Source: Nanobdellota archaeon
GTDB taxonomy: Archaea > Nanobdellota > Nanobdellia > Woesearchaeales > JAGLXL01
Direction of reading: 5' to 3'
DNA: 64,000 bases
NCBI GenBank assembly: GCA_042577865.1
Contig: JBHPDN010000001.1
Location: 9,192-73,191, forward strand
The first letter of the stretch is position 1. Each line of letters starts with the position of its first letter. The notes below the pieces were generated by a model that saw only the letters and a program-made list of their open reading frames with translations, made no database searches and was not told the origin of the DNA. A program made the translations under genes and the position numbers. Positions 37,485 through 47,949 of this stretch are shown piece after piece.

Positions 37485-40400
37485 TTATTTAGCTAATTTT
37501 TCTATATCTTTGTAAAGTTCAACTATTTTGTTGAAATACTTTGACTTTTCCTGGTAAGGCAGTCTGTTGTACAGTTTGATTATCTCATCATAATGCCCTT
37601 TCAAAAGAAGCAGATTTTTCTTAGGCAGCATTTCAAATGATTCCAAAATTAAGGCATCAACTTTTTTCATGGCCATCACTTCAAAAATCTTCAGTGAACC
37701 TAAAGTTGTCGCCACTACAAAAACTATTGAAAAGATTGCAGCAAAGATAATGATTGGCCAGATATTAATTGGTTCATCACCCGGAATAGTGATTGGTGTC
37801 TTTTCATCTATGATCCAGACACATTTGTTGTTTTCACATTTGTAATTGTTGATACAGTCAGCATCAACCTGACACTCAGGCGCTTCAATACAGACACCAT
37901 TACTGCATTCATTGGTTAGACAGTCTGAATCAAACAAACACAGTTCATTTACAGCACAGCCAGTACAGACTCCACCGCAGTCTACTGCAGATTCATCCTG
38001 GTTTTTGATTCCGTCAGAGCAAGTCTCTAGTATTACAGGTTCACAGAATTGTGTTTCATTTGGTTTAGTTCCCAAGATCAATCTATATCCTCTTTCTTCA
38101 CATCTATTTGAATCATAGCAGAACCTATTTTGGACTCCTAAAATACAGTCATTCCATTCTGAACATTCCCAAGTGGCAGTACATGAACCTCTGCTGCCTC
38201 CTCCTCCACCGCTGCTGCCGCCACTAGATGGTACATAAACAGTGGTGGTTTCAGTGGTATTGACTTGATGACTCACAGTACCTGAATAATCTGTCTGTAT
38301 AGAATTAGTTTTTGTTCCTGATGATGCACTGGCACCGACTTGCATAGTAATATTAAAGGTCACACTTGAATTAACAGTTATATTTCCTAAATACCAAGTG
38401 TTATTGGTTGCATTTGGTGTTAAGGTGGCATTGACAAAACTAAATTCTCCTGGATAAGTTTCAACTAAAGTGGTGTTGACAGCAGTTGAAAACCCGTTGT
38501 TAGTTATAGTGATTTGATAATCAAAACTATTGCTTCTCTGAACAGGATCAGCACTGTCGGTTTTAGTCACTGCTAAAATTGGTTCAGTCGGAGTTACTAA
38601 TGGCAGATAATCTCCTCCGCTGGTTAAATCACCACCTGAAGTATAAGGTATTGAAGTATCACCTATACCATCTCCTGTATTATCTGTTCCTGCATAGTCA
38701 TCCCAATAATTACCCCCAAGATATGATCCACCTAAAATATTCGTTCCTGCTGTTTTGGAAGTGTTCCAGTCATTCAAAGCAGCATTGTCATCATAACCAT
38801 TTCCTGTACCTGTGGCTGAAAAATAATTATTGTAAATTAAATGACCGCTGGAATCAGCACTGCCAAAGGATTGAGTGAAGTAGATATTATAAACACCAGT
38901 TGTCCCATTAACCCTGTTGCTAAAAATCACACCATTATGTGAGTCATCAGAGTAAATTCCAATAAAGTCATCAGTCAGATTATTGTAATAAACTGAAGAA
39001 TAATTTGAAGACCACAAATAAACTGCTGAGACAAAGTTATTCAATGTCCAGCCGTTCCAGTTGAAATTGTTGTAATAAATCATTGGATAATGTGATTCTC
39101 TAAAAACAATCCCTCCATCACTGTTGTTGAATAAATCATTGTAGTAAAATGAAGTGTTGTGAGAAATGTAATTATAAACACCAATACAAAAAGTACAACT
39201 TGCCGAATCCCATCCATTCTCATCTATGGTGTTGTGATACATTTTTGTGAAATTAGAATTGAAAGGATTGATTCCTGTTTCATTGTTATACTTGACAATG
39301 TTGTCGGTGATGTTGTTATTATTGGAAGTGTCTAAAGCAATCCCATAATAGTTGCTAGAAACATTATTATCTAAAATAAAATTATTATGAGAAGCCAGTT
39401 CTAAATAAATTCCAGTTGATGGTGGTCCGCTGGCCTGCTGGTCTTGGAAAGTTACATTATTTCTTTCAACATAATTAAGATTAGCATATTGGAACAAGAT
39501 TCCATCAACCACATTACTGTAAATCTCATTGTCCTGAATAAAACTGCTGTCAGTGTCATTAAAGAAAATTCCTTCATCAAATCCAGTAATATCACAATTC
39601 TCAATTGTAATATTCTGTCTGCCTTGGGCATAAATCCCATAACCAGAACCGCTGCCAGTCAGAGTATAGCCGTCACAGTCAATCACTATATTATCATTAG
39701 TGATATTAAGACAATTTGCCCCTGTAGATAAATTGCCAGTCACCACACCACTTTGATTGATATTGCCGCAACTAGTGATGTTTGAGGCATTATAAGACAT
39801 GGTGCTGTAATTTGTCCAGTGAGTCACATTGAATTTTAAAGTGCCGGCACTGTAGGTATGTGGTGTGCAAACACTGGTTGGACATGCAACAAATGCTCCT
39901 CCTCCAGGATTATATACAATTTGCATGTAATTTGGATCGCTGTAAGGCAGGCCTTCTAAAGTTATATTGGCGCTGACATTAAAGCCGATTTGGGATGAAT
40001 TGACATAAGCATTGTTATCTGAAACAGCTACATCACTGCCTAAAGTCAAATCACTTCCTGACTGAGTTATTGGATTAAGAAAAGCTATCCCTCCAGAACC
40101 TGTTTTTTCTATTTCAATTGTAGCATTGGTAAAATTATACGAATCAATTCTGGAATCTGCAATCAAAACATCAGAGGCAACCTGTAAACTGAAAGCTGCA
40201 TTGTTAGTTAAATTATTATTTTGAATATGTGAGTTAGTAGTGCCATTGTAATAGACTCCAATTGAAAAATTGATGATATTGCAGTTGACAATTGTCACAT
40301 TAGTATGAGCACCAACATAAATTCCCCAGCCAATGTTGTTTCCTGTCAAAGTTCCTCCTTGACAGTCAATCACCACATTGCTGGCATTGACAATGATACC

Positions 40401-41738
40401 AGTTCCAGAACAGTTCAAGCTAGGAACAGTAGTGCTTGAAGTTACTGTCTGCCCGCAGGTAACCCCACTACCAGTTGCTGTCATCAAAGGCAGTTCATCT
40501 CCTCCTGTTGTTATTGAAGTTGAGCCTTGCCAAGGCAGTTCTGTATCTCCAATACCATCACCGGAAATGTTATGAGGATAACTTCCTCCACCATTATCAC
40601 TGCCGTTATAATCACTCCAGTAATTCCCACCAGTACAGTTGTCTCCAATGATATTCAAACCAGCAGTACAGTTGTAAGTTGTATTCCAGTAATTGCCTGC
40701 TGTACCATCTAGTACTGTATTGGTGCCATCAATGTAATTGTCATAAATCAAATTGCCGGCAGCCTGAAAATAAAGATTGTAAGTAGATTGGTGGCTGATA
40801 TTATTTGAAGTAACATTATTACCGAGACTGCTGCTAGCCACTTCAATCCCATATTTGCTGTAAAGAATTTCATTGTGAGTAACAGTATTATAATTTGAGG
40901 AAACAGAAAGTCTTACACCTTCATTGTCAGCAAAACTTTGATTAGTCATATTATTAAAATGATTATCAGAGGCCAGATTATTAGTTGACTGCCAAAGCCA
41001 CAGTCCTATTCTTATATTTTTACTTCCATCATTGTAAGTGATGTTATTGTAATGACAAGTCTCAAGAACAATTCCTAAATAATTATTATAAACATCATTA
41101 TAATTAATCTCATTGTAGTTGCCGTTATTACAAAGTATCCCAGTATCCAAGCTTGATTCATTTTGGTCATAAACAGTATTGTTTAACACATCATTGTAGT
41201 CAGAACCAGTGTTTAATTTAATTCCTTCATTTGTGTTTTCGTAGACAGTATTGTTGAAAACTAAATTATCATCAGAATCAGAAAAGACATAGATTCCAAT
41301 GTCATCATTGTTATGGACTTCGTTATTCAAGATTGAACCATTGTCAGCATTGTTGAAATAAATTCCATAGTAATCAAAATCAGAAATATTGCAGTTCTCA
41401 ACAGTCACATTGCTGAAACTATTGACAAAGACACCAGAGCCAAAAGTATTGCCCAAACCTTTTATCTCATAACCTTGACAGTCAAGAACAACATCTTTGG
41501 CGCCAATTACAATCCCATCAGCAGGACAGCCAGTCAAACTCTGATTCATCTGACAGCTGGCAATAATAGACCCCCCACAACCAACACTGCAATTAGGCAA
41601 AGCCTGAACTTGATAATCTCCAGCCACAGAAAATCCAGTTATTTTAAAATCATCATTAATCAGAAAAGCACCGGCAAAAAGAAGCAAAACTACACCAATC
41701 ATTACTCCTATAGCAATAACATTACCTCTTTTGTTCAA
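37485..41738 (-). CDS. Large surface glycoprotein: parallel beta-helix (NosD/CASH-like) repeats, DUF11-like Ig domain, Cys-rich region, C-terminal TM
   Basis: MNKRG N-terminus; 3x (V/I)xDCxGxxxxG modules; 2x GGNYWxDY...GDGIGDT...GGDxLPL; VTKTDSADPV; CSDGIKNQDESAVDCGGVC; many N-x-S/T sequons. Confidence 0.88.
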   Translation of the reverse strand: MNKRGNVIAIGVMIGVVLLLFAGAFLINDDFKITGFSVAGDYQVQALPNCSVGCGGSIIASCQMNQSLTGCPADGIVIGAKDVVLDCQGYEIKGLGNTFGSGVFVNSFSNVTVENCNISDFDYYGIYFNNADNGSILNNEVHNNDDIGIYVFSDSDDNLVFNNTVYENTNEGIKLNTGSDYNDVLNNTVYDQNESSLDTGILCNNGNYNEINYNDVYNNYLGIVLETCHYNNITYNDGSKNIRIGLWLWQSTNNLASDNHFNNMTNQSFADNEGVRLSVSSNYNTVTHNEILYSKYGIEVASSSLGNNVTSNNISHQSTYNLYFQAAGNLIYDNYIDGTNTVLDGTAGNYWNTTYNCTAGLNIIGDNCTGGNYWSDYNGSDNGGGSYPHNISGDGIGDTELPWQGSTSITTGGDELPLMTATGSGVTCGQTVTSSTTVPSLNCSGTGIIVNASNVVIDCQGGTLTGNNIGWGIYVGAHTNVTIVNCNIINFSIGVYYNGTTNSHIQNNNLTNNAAFSLQVASDVLIADSRIDSYNFTNATIEIEKTGSGGIAFLNPITQSGSDLTLGSDVAVSDNNAYVNSSQIGFNVSANITLEGLPYSDPNYMQIVYNPGGGAFVACPTSVCTPHTYSAGTLKFNVTHWTNYSTMSYNASNITSCGNINQSGVVTGNLSTGANCLNITNDNIVIDCDGYTLTGSGSGYGIYAQGRQNITIENCDITGFDEGIFFNDTDSSFIQDNEIYSNVVDGILFQYANLNYVERNNVTFQDQQASGPPSTGIYLELASHNNFILDNNVSSNYYGIALDTSNNNNITDNIVKYNNETGINPFNSNFTKMYHNTIDENGWDSASCTFCIGVYNYISHNTSFYYNDLFNNSDGGIVFRESHYPMIYYNNFNWNGWTLNNFVSAVYLWSSNYSSVYYNNLTDDFIGIYSDDSHNGVIFSNRVNGTTGVYNIYFTQSFGSADSSGHLIYNNYFSATGTGNGYDDNAALNDWNTSKTAGTNILGGSYLGGNYWDDYAGTDNTGDGIGDTSIPYTSGGDLTSGGDYLPLVTPTEPILAVTKTDSADPVQRSNSFDYQITITNNGFSTAVNTTLVETYPGEFSFVNATLTPNATNNTWYLGNITVNSSVTFNITMQVGASASSGTKTNSIQTDYSGTVSHQVNTTETTTVYVPSSGGSSGGGGGSRGSCTATWECSEWNDCILGVQNRFCYDSNRCEERGYRLILGTKPNETQFCEPVILETCSDGIKNQDESAVDCGGVCTGCAVNELCLFDSDCLTNECSNGVCIEAPECQVDADCINNYKCENNKCVWIIDEKTPITIPGDEPINIWPIIIFAAIFSIVFVVATTLGSLKIFEVMAMKKVDALILESFEMLPKKNLLLLKGHYDEIIKLYNRLPYQEKSKYFNKIVELYKDIEKLAK

Positions 41739-41772
41739 TCTTACCCCTCAACCAGAAAAACGCTTTTGTTAT

Positions 41773-42717
41773 TTATAAAGATTTCCTTATTTTTTTCTTT
41801 AAATCGTCGATAGAAACAATCCCTTTATACTTTTTAACTAATTTCTCATCCAAATCCAAAACATCACTTTTGCTGAAATAAACTAAAACTTTCTTTTTTT
41901 CCTGTTTAAGTGCCTTAAACAGCTGTTCCTGTTTCTTCAAAGGGAAAGGCTCACTTAAATCAAAAACATAAATCACCAGGTCAGCCAAATACTTAATCGC
42001 CAGATAAGCCTGCCTTTCAATATGGTTCATGGTTTCCAAACGGTTCAAAGTTCCGGGTGTATCAACCAGTTGTATTTTCCTGCTGCCTTCATCCATATAA
42101 CCCAAATTCAAACCTTTGGTGGTAAAGGCATAACTGGCAATCTCTGCCTTGGCCTTGCTTAATTTACTTAACAAAGTAGTTTTACCAACATTTGGAAAAC
42201 CAGCAATAGCAATAGTTGGCATTTCCTTGACATTAGGATAAGTTCTCATCACTTGCCTGACTTTCTCAAGATAAGCCAGTTCTTTTTTGATTCTTTTCAG
42301 GACAGAGCTGATTCTTCCGTAAAATTCCCTTCTTAACCTGTCAATCACTTTCAAATGCTCTGTCTTTTTGATTTTCATAAAATATTCTCTGTGAAATTCT
42401 TTTATTTTCTTGACCGCTGAATTGACAGCTCCTAAAGATTTCTTCAAAGCCACATAATCTACGGTTGTCTTGATCAATTGCTGGTAAAATTCATTCAAAG
42501 AATCGATGCTTGGAAAATCTTTCAAGATATTGATCAGTTTTTCTTCCAAAACATCCTTGACTACATCAAAACGGGAATATTCTACTATTTTTTGTTTGGA
42601 CATATCTGTTCTCTTGTATCTGCTTTTCAAAGCGCTGGCTTTCTTCTTAGCCCTGGAAAAAGCACCGTCCAGATAATTGTCCACTGTCCCAATTGGTCGA
42701 ATATATTGGAAATTCAT
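41773..42717 (-). CDS. NOG1-family GTP-binding protein
   Basis: FPSIDSLNEFY, GFPNVGKTT, YAFTTKG, DTPG, SKSD. Confidence 0.93.
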   Translation of the reverse strand: MNFQYIRPIGTVDNYLDGAFSRAKKKASALKSRYKRTDMSKQKIVEYSRFDVVKDVLEEKLINILKDFPSIDSLNEFYQQLIKTTVDYVALKKSLGAVNSAVKKIKEFHREYFMKIKKTEHLKVIDRLRREFYGRISSVLKRIKKELAYLEKVRQVMRTYPNVKEMPTIAIAGFPNVGKTTLLSKLSKAKAEIASYAFTTKGLNLGYMDEGSRKIQLVDTPGTLNRLETMNHIERQAYLAIKYLADLVIYVFDLSEPFPLKKQEQLFKALKQEKKKVLVYFSKSDVLDLDEKLVKKYKGIVSIDDLKKKIRKSL

Positions 42718-42749
42718 AGAAGTGATAATAAAGGTGGCCTTTTTAAATC

Positions 42750-43007
42750 CTACTGTTTCTTGAACAATACCACAACTCTGCCCACTGATCTAATCAAAAC
42801 AGCTCCAGTCTTAGAAACAATCTCGTCAGCCAGTTTCTTTCTGTCGCCGGCAGATGATAATAATTTAATCTTGATCAGTTTCTTTTTCTTCAGTATTTTA
42901 ATTATCTCCTGAATCACAGAGTCAGTCAGTCCGCTCTTGCCAATCTGCAGAACAGGTCCCATAGAATGGCTTTTTGCTTTTAATTCTCTGATTTCTTTGT
43001 TGTCCAT
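42750..43007 (-). CDS. YhbY/CRM-domain RNA-binding protein
   Basis: PVLQIGKSGLT, LIKIK, VGRVVVLFK. Confidence 0.92.
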   Translation of the reverse strand: MDNKEIRELKAKSHSMGPVLQIGKSGLTDSVIQEIIKILKKKKLIKIKLLSSAGDRKKLADEIVSKTGAVLIRSVGRVVVLFKKQ

Positions 43008-43103
43008 CTTATTCTCAATAATCTCTTCCTATTTTAATCTTACTCAAAATCCACAACTTTTATAAAAGAAAACTGCGTTCTTTTTGCTAAAGGAGGTGAA
43101 AAT

Positions 43104-43301
43104 ATGTATGAACATAAATGTCCTTTGTTGGGAACTTTAATCCTATTGGCGGCTGGTATCTGTTTTCTTTTAGTTGATTTAGGTGTTTGGGACTTTTGGA
43201 AGATTAACTGGTGGACCATAGCTTTCTTGTTTATTGGTGTCATGAAACTCGGAATGTGTTTCTGCAAAGAATGTAAAGTTAGCAAAAAGAGAAAAAAGTA
43301 A
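43104..43301 (+). CDS. Small membrane protein with C-terminal CxCxxC
   Basis: GGAGGTGA SD; 2 TMs; CFCKEC. Confidence 0.75.
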   Translation: MYEHKCPLLGTLILLAAGICFLLVDLGVWDFWKINWWTIAFLFIGVMKLGMCFCKECKVSKKRKK

Positions 43302-43328
43302 TTTTCTTTTTTTATTTTTTAATTCAAA

Positions 43329-43613
43329 ATGAACACATACCCTTTAATGATCATTGGATTTGCCGTTGCTTTGGTTGGTTTTTCTATCGGCCGCATTACT
43401 GACAAGTATGGCGGACATTATCTCACCCCCCATCATTGGATTTATGGGTTTGGTCTGGCTGTTTTTGGAGTGGTTAATAACAATGAATGGGGCTTTTTGG
43501 GTTTTTCTTTTGGAATTGGTCTTTTTATCAGTGATTTCAGGGATTTTACAAAATTAAGATTCATCAGCCGTGATAAAAGAGAGAAAGAATGGAGATTCTG
43601 GGATATTGACTGA
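43329..43613 (+). CDS. Small membrane protein
   Basis: PHHWIYG, GIGLFISD; 3 hydrophobic segments. Confidence 0.7.
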   Translation: MNTYPLMIIGFAVALVGFSIGRITDKYGGHYLTPHHWIYGFGLAVFGVVNNNEWGFLGFSFGIGLFISDFRDFTKLRFISRDKREKEWRFWDID

Positions 43614-43665
43614 TTTACTTCTAAAAAACTTCCAAAAATTTATAAAGTCGAAGAAAAATTTTTGA

Positions 43666-45426
43666 TTGGAAATGATTAAAAAAAAGCATCTCACTCAGTA
43701 TTTTAGATATATGATTTTTGGAGGGATTGGTGTTATTCTTAATTTATTGATAACTTTTACCCTCACCGAATTTGTCCTGGGCAGGCCGAATTACTGGTAT
43801 GCTTTTCTCATTGGGACTATTTTCAATGTCATTTTCAACTTTATCTTTTACAGCAGGTTTGTCTTTGCTTTTAAGAATATATCAAAAGAAAAAAAATATC
43901 TGTTTTTTTTGTTTAGCGGACTGATTTTATCCCTGCAGTTGATTATTACTAGAGAAATTGTTCCCTGGTTCAATCTGGATTATTATTTGTTGACCATTAT
44001 GCTGGTTATATTTTCCTTAGGCATTGGCAGTTTTTTCTTTTCAAGGACTTTTGTTTTTTCAGAAAAAGAGATAACTTTCAACCATTGCCTCTATCTGTTG
44101 CTGACAGTTTTTTCTATTATTATCATTTATCTCATCATTGAAAATAAAATAATGTTTTGGGATACCGGAGTCTATATTGGGATGGCTAAGTATTATTTTT
44201 CAAACGGTTCTCTGGGCATTATGGAAGTCTTCAGGCCGCCGGTCCTGCCGTTTGTCCTGGGTTTGTTTTGGTGGCTAGGCCTGTCTCCAAACATTATCGG
44301 ACATGTTCTTGTTTTACTGTCAGCCATCGGCAGCCTTTACTTTTTATACCAGATTGGAAACTATTATGTTGATAAAGAACACTCCTTGATTCTGGTCTTG
44401 CTTTTGGCTGTGACTTCTTCTTTTATATTTTTCAGTGTACAAATTTTGAATGATATCCTTGGAGTTTTTTTGGTCATCTATGCTTCCTATCTTTTAATCT
44501 ATAAAAAAAATAATTATTGGCTGGGGATTGTTTGTGGTTTAACAGGGTTGACCAGATTTACCTTGCTGCTGGTTCCAGTGGCCATTGGTTTTTCATTGTT
44601 ATTCCTGAAAAAAGGCTGGAAAAACAGATTAACCAAATCTTTGATTTTTATTTTGGGCCTGGCCACTGTCATCATTCCTTTCCTGATTTACAATTATGTA
44701 ACTTTTGGAAATTGTTTATTGCCTTTTTTAGAAGGTTCTGCCATCATCACCAGCATTGGCAATTCAATCAGTGAGGGATTTTTATTTTACCCGCTTGGTT
44801 TAATTTTAGAGTCAGTCTTTGTCTTGGTGGGTGTTGTGGGCATATTTTACTGCAAGAAAAAAAAGCAGGACCTGCCCATCATGATTCTCTTAGTGCTTTT
44901 CTTAGTCTATCATTTTGTTCTGGCCAGAAAAGAGATTAGGTACATGTTGCCCTTGTTTTGGATATTTTATTTATTTGCTGTCAGGTTTTTCCATCGCTTC
45001 AGGTTGAAAAACAAGATAAAAAAAGGTTTCCTTTGTCTTCTGCTGATGGTCATGCTTCTACAGGGTCTTTACGGCCTCACAGCCAATTATCAGCATAATT
45101 ATTTTGATATCAGCCAGGATATCAAAGAAAACTTTTACCGGGCTGAAGTTTCCGGCCCTATCATTACCACCAGCCCCAACATCATGCAGTATCTTGATGA
45201 GAAAACAGTTTTGATTGTCTGGACCAGCGACCACATCTATGAAGCCCATAAAAAACATTCACCTCAATCTTATCTCATCAACACCTGTGATCTATGGTGT
45301 CCGGCTAATGACCAGGAATGTTTTTCTTACAAAGATAAATTAATAAATGAAGTCAATGTTGATTATGAATTAAAGTATCAGGCAAAACACAACCAGTGTG
45401 ATTATTATGTTTTTGAAATGGATTAG
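43666..45426 (+). CDS. GtrA-like domain fused to a GT-C (ArnT/PMT-like) glycosyltransferase
   Basis: N-terminal 4-TM GtrA pattern (FRYMIFGGIG...NFIFYSRFVF); WDTGVY, FRPP, LTRF, KEIRYMLP. Confidence 0.82.
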   Translation: MEMIKKKHLTQYFRYMIFGGIGVILNLLITFTLTEFVLGRPNYWYAFLIGTIFNVIFNFIFYSRFVFAFKNISKEKKYLFFLFSGLILSLQLIITREIVPWFNLDYYLLTIMLVIFSLGIGSFFFSRTFVFSEKEITFNHCLYLLLTVFSIIIIYLIIENKIMFWDTGVYIGMAKYYFSNGSLGIMEVFRPPVLPFVLGLFWWLGLSPNIIGHVLVLLSAIGSLYFLYQIGNYYVDKEHSLILVLLLAVTSSFIFFSVQILNDILGVFLVIYASYLLIYKKNNYWLGIVCGLTGLTRFTLLLVPVAIGFSLLFLKKGWKNRLTKSLIFILGLATVIIPFLIYNYVTFGNCLLPFLEGSAIITSIGNSISEGFLFYPLGLILESVFVLVGVVGIFYCKKKKQDLPIMILLVLFLVYHFVLARKEIRYMLPLFWIFYLFAVRFFHRFRLKNKIKKGFLCLLLMVMLLQGLYGLTANYQHNYFDISQDIKENFYRAEVSGPIITTSPNIMQYLDEKTVLIVWTSDHIYEAHKKHSPQSYLINTCDLWCPANDQECFSYKDKLINEVNVDYELKYQAKHNQCDYYVFEMD

Positions 45427-46234
45427 ACTAATACGGGTGGGTCAGTGGTATAAAAATTTATTAATTTTTGCTGCTTTGTTTTTTTCAGGTACTCTTCTGA
45501 ATATTGATTTGTTATGGTTGTGTGTCTTGGGTTTTGTAGGACTGTGCCTTACATCTTCTTCAGGCTACATCTTAAATGATATCCTGGACAGGAAAATAGA
45601 TTCTGATAACAAAAAGAAACCAATTGCCCAAGGAGAAATTTCTATCTTTGTAGCTGTAGTTGTTTCGATTCTTTTTCTGACTGTTGGTGCTGTCTTACTT
45701 TACAGTCTCTCATTCAAGGTCCTTCTAGTTGGCCTCATCCTGTTTTTATCCACTGTTTTTTACAGCATCATCTTCAAGAAGATGGTTTTTCTGGACATCA
45801 TCTTGATTGCGGTTAACTTTGTCCTGCGTGCTTTGGCTGGAGTATTTTTACTGGATGTCAGGCTCTCTTCATGGTTTTTAACAGTCATCTTTTTTACCGC
45901 TCTGTATCTTGTCAGTGGAAAAAGGATTGCTGAACTAGTTCAAAAAACAAAAAAAAGTATTTCTCAGCATTATACTAAAAAAATACTGGAAGGCATGACT
46001 TACATCTTTCTTTCCATAGATTTAGTTCTGTATGTTCTCTACTCTTATTTTGAAGGAAAATTATTTTTGATTTACCTTTCACCTATTCTTTTATACATGT
46101 TTTTAATTATCCAGTCTCACATTCATCAAGGAGACAATTACATCAGGCACTTTGAAAGCATGTTCAAAGACAAAAGATTTCTGATTGCTTCAATTATCTA
46201 TCTTCTCTTGGTCTTTGCTGGATTTTACTTGTAG
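45407..46234 (+). CDS. UbiA-family prenyltransferase, decaprenyl-phosphate phosphoribosyltransferase-like
   Basis: RVGQWYKNLLIF, SSGYILNDILD, KPIAQG, YSIIFKK..LD, FVLRALAG, KRIAEL. Confidence 0.85.
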   Translation: MFLKWIRLIRVGQWYKNLLIFAALFFSGTLLNIDLLWLCVLGFVGLCLTSSSGYILNDILDRKIDSDNKKKPIAQGEISIFVAVVVSILFLTVGAVLLYSLSFKVLLVGLILFLSTVFYSIIFKKMVFLDIILIAVNFVLRALAGVFLLDVRLSSWFLTVIFFTALYLVSGKRIAELVQKTKKSISQHYTKKILEGMTYIFLSIDLVLYVLYSYFEGKLFLIYLSPILLYMFLIIQSHIHQGDNYIRHFESMFKDKRFLIASIIYLLLVFAGFYL

Positions 46235-46236
46235 AA

Positions 46237-47919
46237 TTAACTTCTTGGATGCTCGTGACCAATGCCCTGTCTTCTCTTCAGTTCATCAATGTGTTTTAAT
46301 TTTAATTTCAAGATCTTGCCCAAATCTTTTCTGTACTTTTCAACCATGAAAGAAATATGTTCTCCTCCCAGGAAATGAGGCATAATCACATAGTCAGCCC
46401 CGTATTGGTAAAGTTTCAAAGCCTCATCAATTTGATTGGCTGTCACAATTGCCAGGCCTTTGGGATTGACTTCTTTTAGTTTCTTGATCAACAACAGATT
46501 GTCATAGATATCAGGCACTGTGGCAATCAGCATCTTGACGTGCTTCAGGTTCATTTTGTCAATGATTTCTAAATCCCCGGCATCACCATAGATACAGGGC
46601 ATTTTTTTCTTTATCAGACGCTTGACCACTTCTGGATTGTAATCAACTGTCAGGATTTTCCTTTTCATGTTCTTTAATTTGTGGTAAATAGAATAACCGA
46701 TTCGGTTATGCCCAACTAAAACCACATCAAATCTTTTCTTAGGCAAATAATGCAGCTTCTCATCAGAGCTGACATTAAAATATTTCTTGAATTTCCTGTA
46801 AAGCCAGTTGTCATAGATAATCAGATAAGATGAAACACCAATGGTTAATGTAGCAATTACCGCTATGATAGAAACCACCTCACTGGTCAGATGCCCCAGT
46901 CCAAAACCCAAAGCAATGATAACAATCGAAAACTCACTGATTTGGGCCAGTGAAATAGAAGCCAAAAAAGATGTTCTTGGTTTGTACTTGAAAAACCTCA
47001 TGACAATGTACATAATGATAGGATTGCCGATCAAAACAAACAGACAAAAGATGATCACCGGCAGCATATATTTTTTCAAAGGTTCTAAAGCCACCTGCAT
47101 TCCTAAAGTCACAAAAAAAGCCGTTACAAAAAAATCTCTCAGTGGTTTGACTCTTCCCACAATCTCCAAAGAGTACTGGGTGCTGGCCAAACTTACCCCA
47201 GCCAGTAAAGCTGCAATCGCCACAGAGATTTCCAGATAAGCAGCCAAAGCAGCCATACCAAAAGCCCATGACAAAGCTGTGATCAATAATAATTCTCTTG
47301 ACTTAGCCACCACACGGAATAAATAAGGTAAAATCAAAAAATAAGCAGCTAAGGCCACGGCAAATAAAAGCAGGATGCCAAAAATCCTAACCAAAAGCTG
47401 GTCAATGGCAAAGTGTCCCACAGAAGAAAATAACATGATCGCCACAATAGCCACTAAATCCTGTATCAATAAAACACCAATTGCCATTCTGCCGTGCAAA
47501 GTGTTGATTTCATTCTTGTCTGTCAGCAATTTAACCACTACTACTGTACTCGACAAAGTCAAAGCCACTGCAATATAAGCTGAAACCAAAGTGTCAAAAT
47601 ACAAAGAAGCAATAAAAAATCCAGCCAGACCTGTAAACACCACTTGAGCCAGTCCCACCAGACTTGCCTGCCAGCCCACATGCTTTAATTTCTTGACATC
47701 TAACTGCAGACCGACAATAAACAAAAGAAAAACAATACCTAATTCTGAAAACATAGCAATGATTTCCTGGTTTTTGATCAAACCCAGACCTACCGGCCCG
47801 ATGACAATTCCTGCTGCAATATAGGCAATCAGCAAAGGTTGTCTCAGAAATCTGGCTAGAATAGCCAGCAAAGTAGCTGCAATAATAACTAAACCTATTT
47901 CCAGGAATACGCTCACCAT
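46237..47919 (-). CDS. Kef-type cation:proton antiporter (CPA2) with TrkA-N/RCK domain
   Basis: ELGIVFLLFIVGL, LSST, QD, FFVTLG, QISEF, GHNRIG, YGD. Confidence 0.93.
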   Translation of the reverse strand: MVSVFLEIGLVIIAATLLAILARFLRQPLLIAYIAAGIVIGPVGLGLIKNQEIIAMFSELGIVFLLFIVGLQLDVKKLKHVGWQASLVGLAQVVFTGLAGFFIASLYFDTLVSAYIAVALTLSSTVVVVKLLTDKNEINTLHGRMAIGVLLIQDLVAIVAIMLFSSVGHFAIDQLLVRIFGILLLFAVALAAYFLILPYLFRVVAKSRELLLITALSWAFGMAALAAYLEISVAIAALLAGVSLASTQYSLEIVGRVKPLRDFFVTAFFVTLGMQVALEPLKKYMLPVIIFCLFVLIGNPIIMYIVMRFFKYKPRTSFLASISLAQISEFSIVIIALGFGLGHLTSEVVSIIAVIATLTIGVSSYLIIYDNWLYRKFKKYFNVSSDEKLHYLPKKRFDVVLVGHNRIGYSIYHKLKNMKRKILTVDYNPEVVKRLIKKKMPCIYGDAGDLEIIDKMNLKHVKMLIATVPDIYDNLLLIKKLKEVNPKGLAIVTANQIDEALKLYQYGADYVIMPHFLGGEHISFMVEKYRKDLGKILKLKLKHIDELKRRQGIGHEHPRS

Positions 47920-47949
47920 CTTTTTCAGTTAGAATGAATTTATTTTGGT

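Noticed and set aside
37485..41738. AAT/AAC-rich tracts as a DGR template repeat
   Set aside because: They are in-frame Asn-rich beta-helix repeats of the surface protein and do not match the scaffold at 59653-59748.
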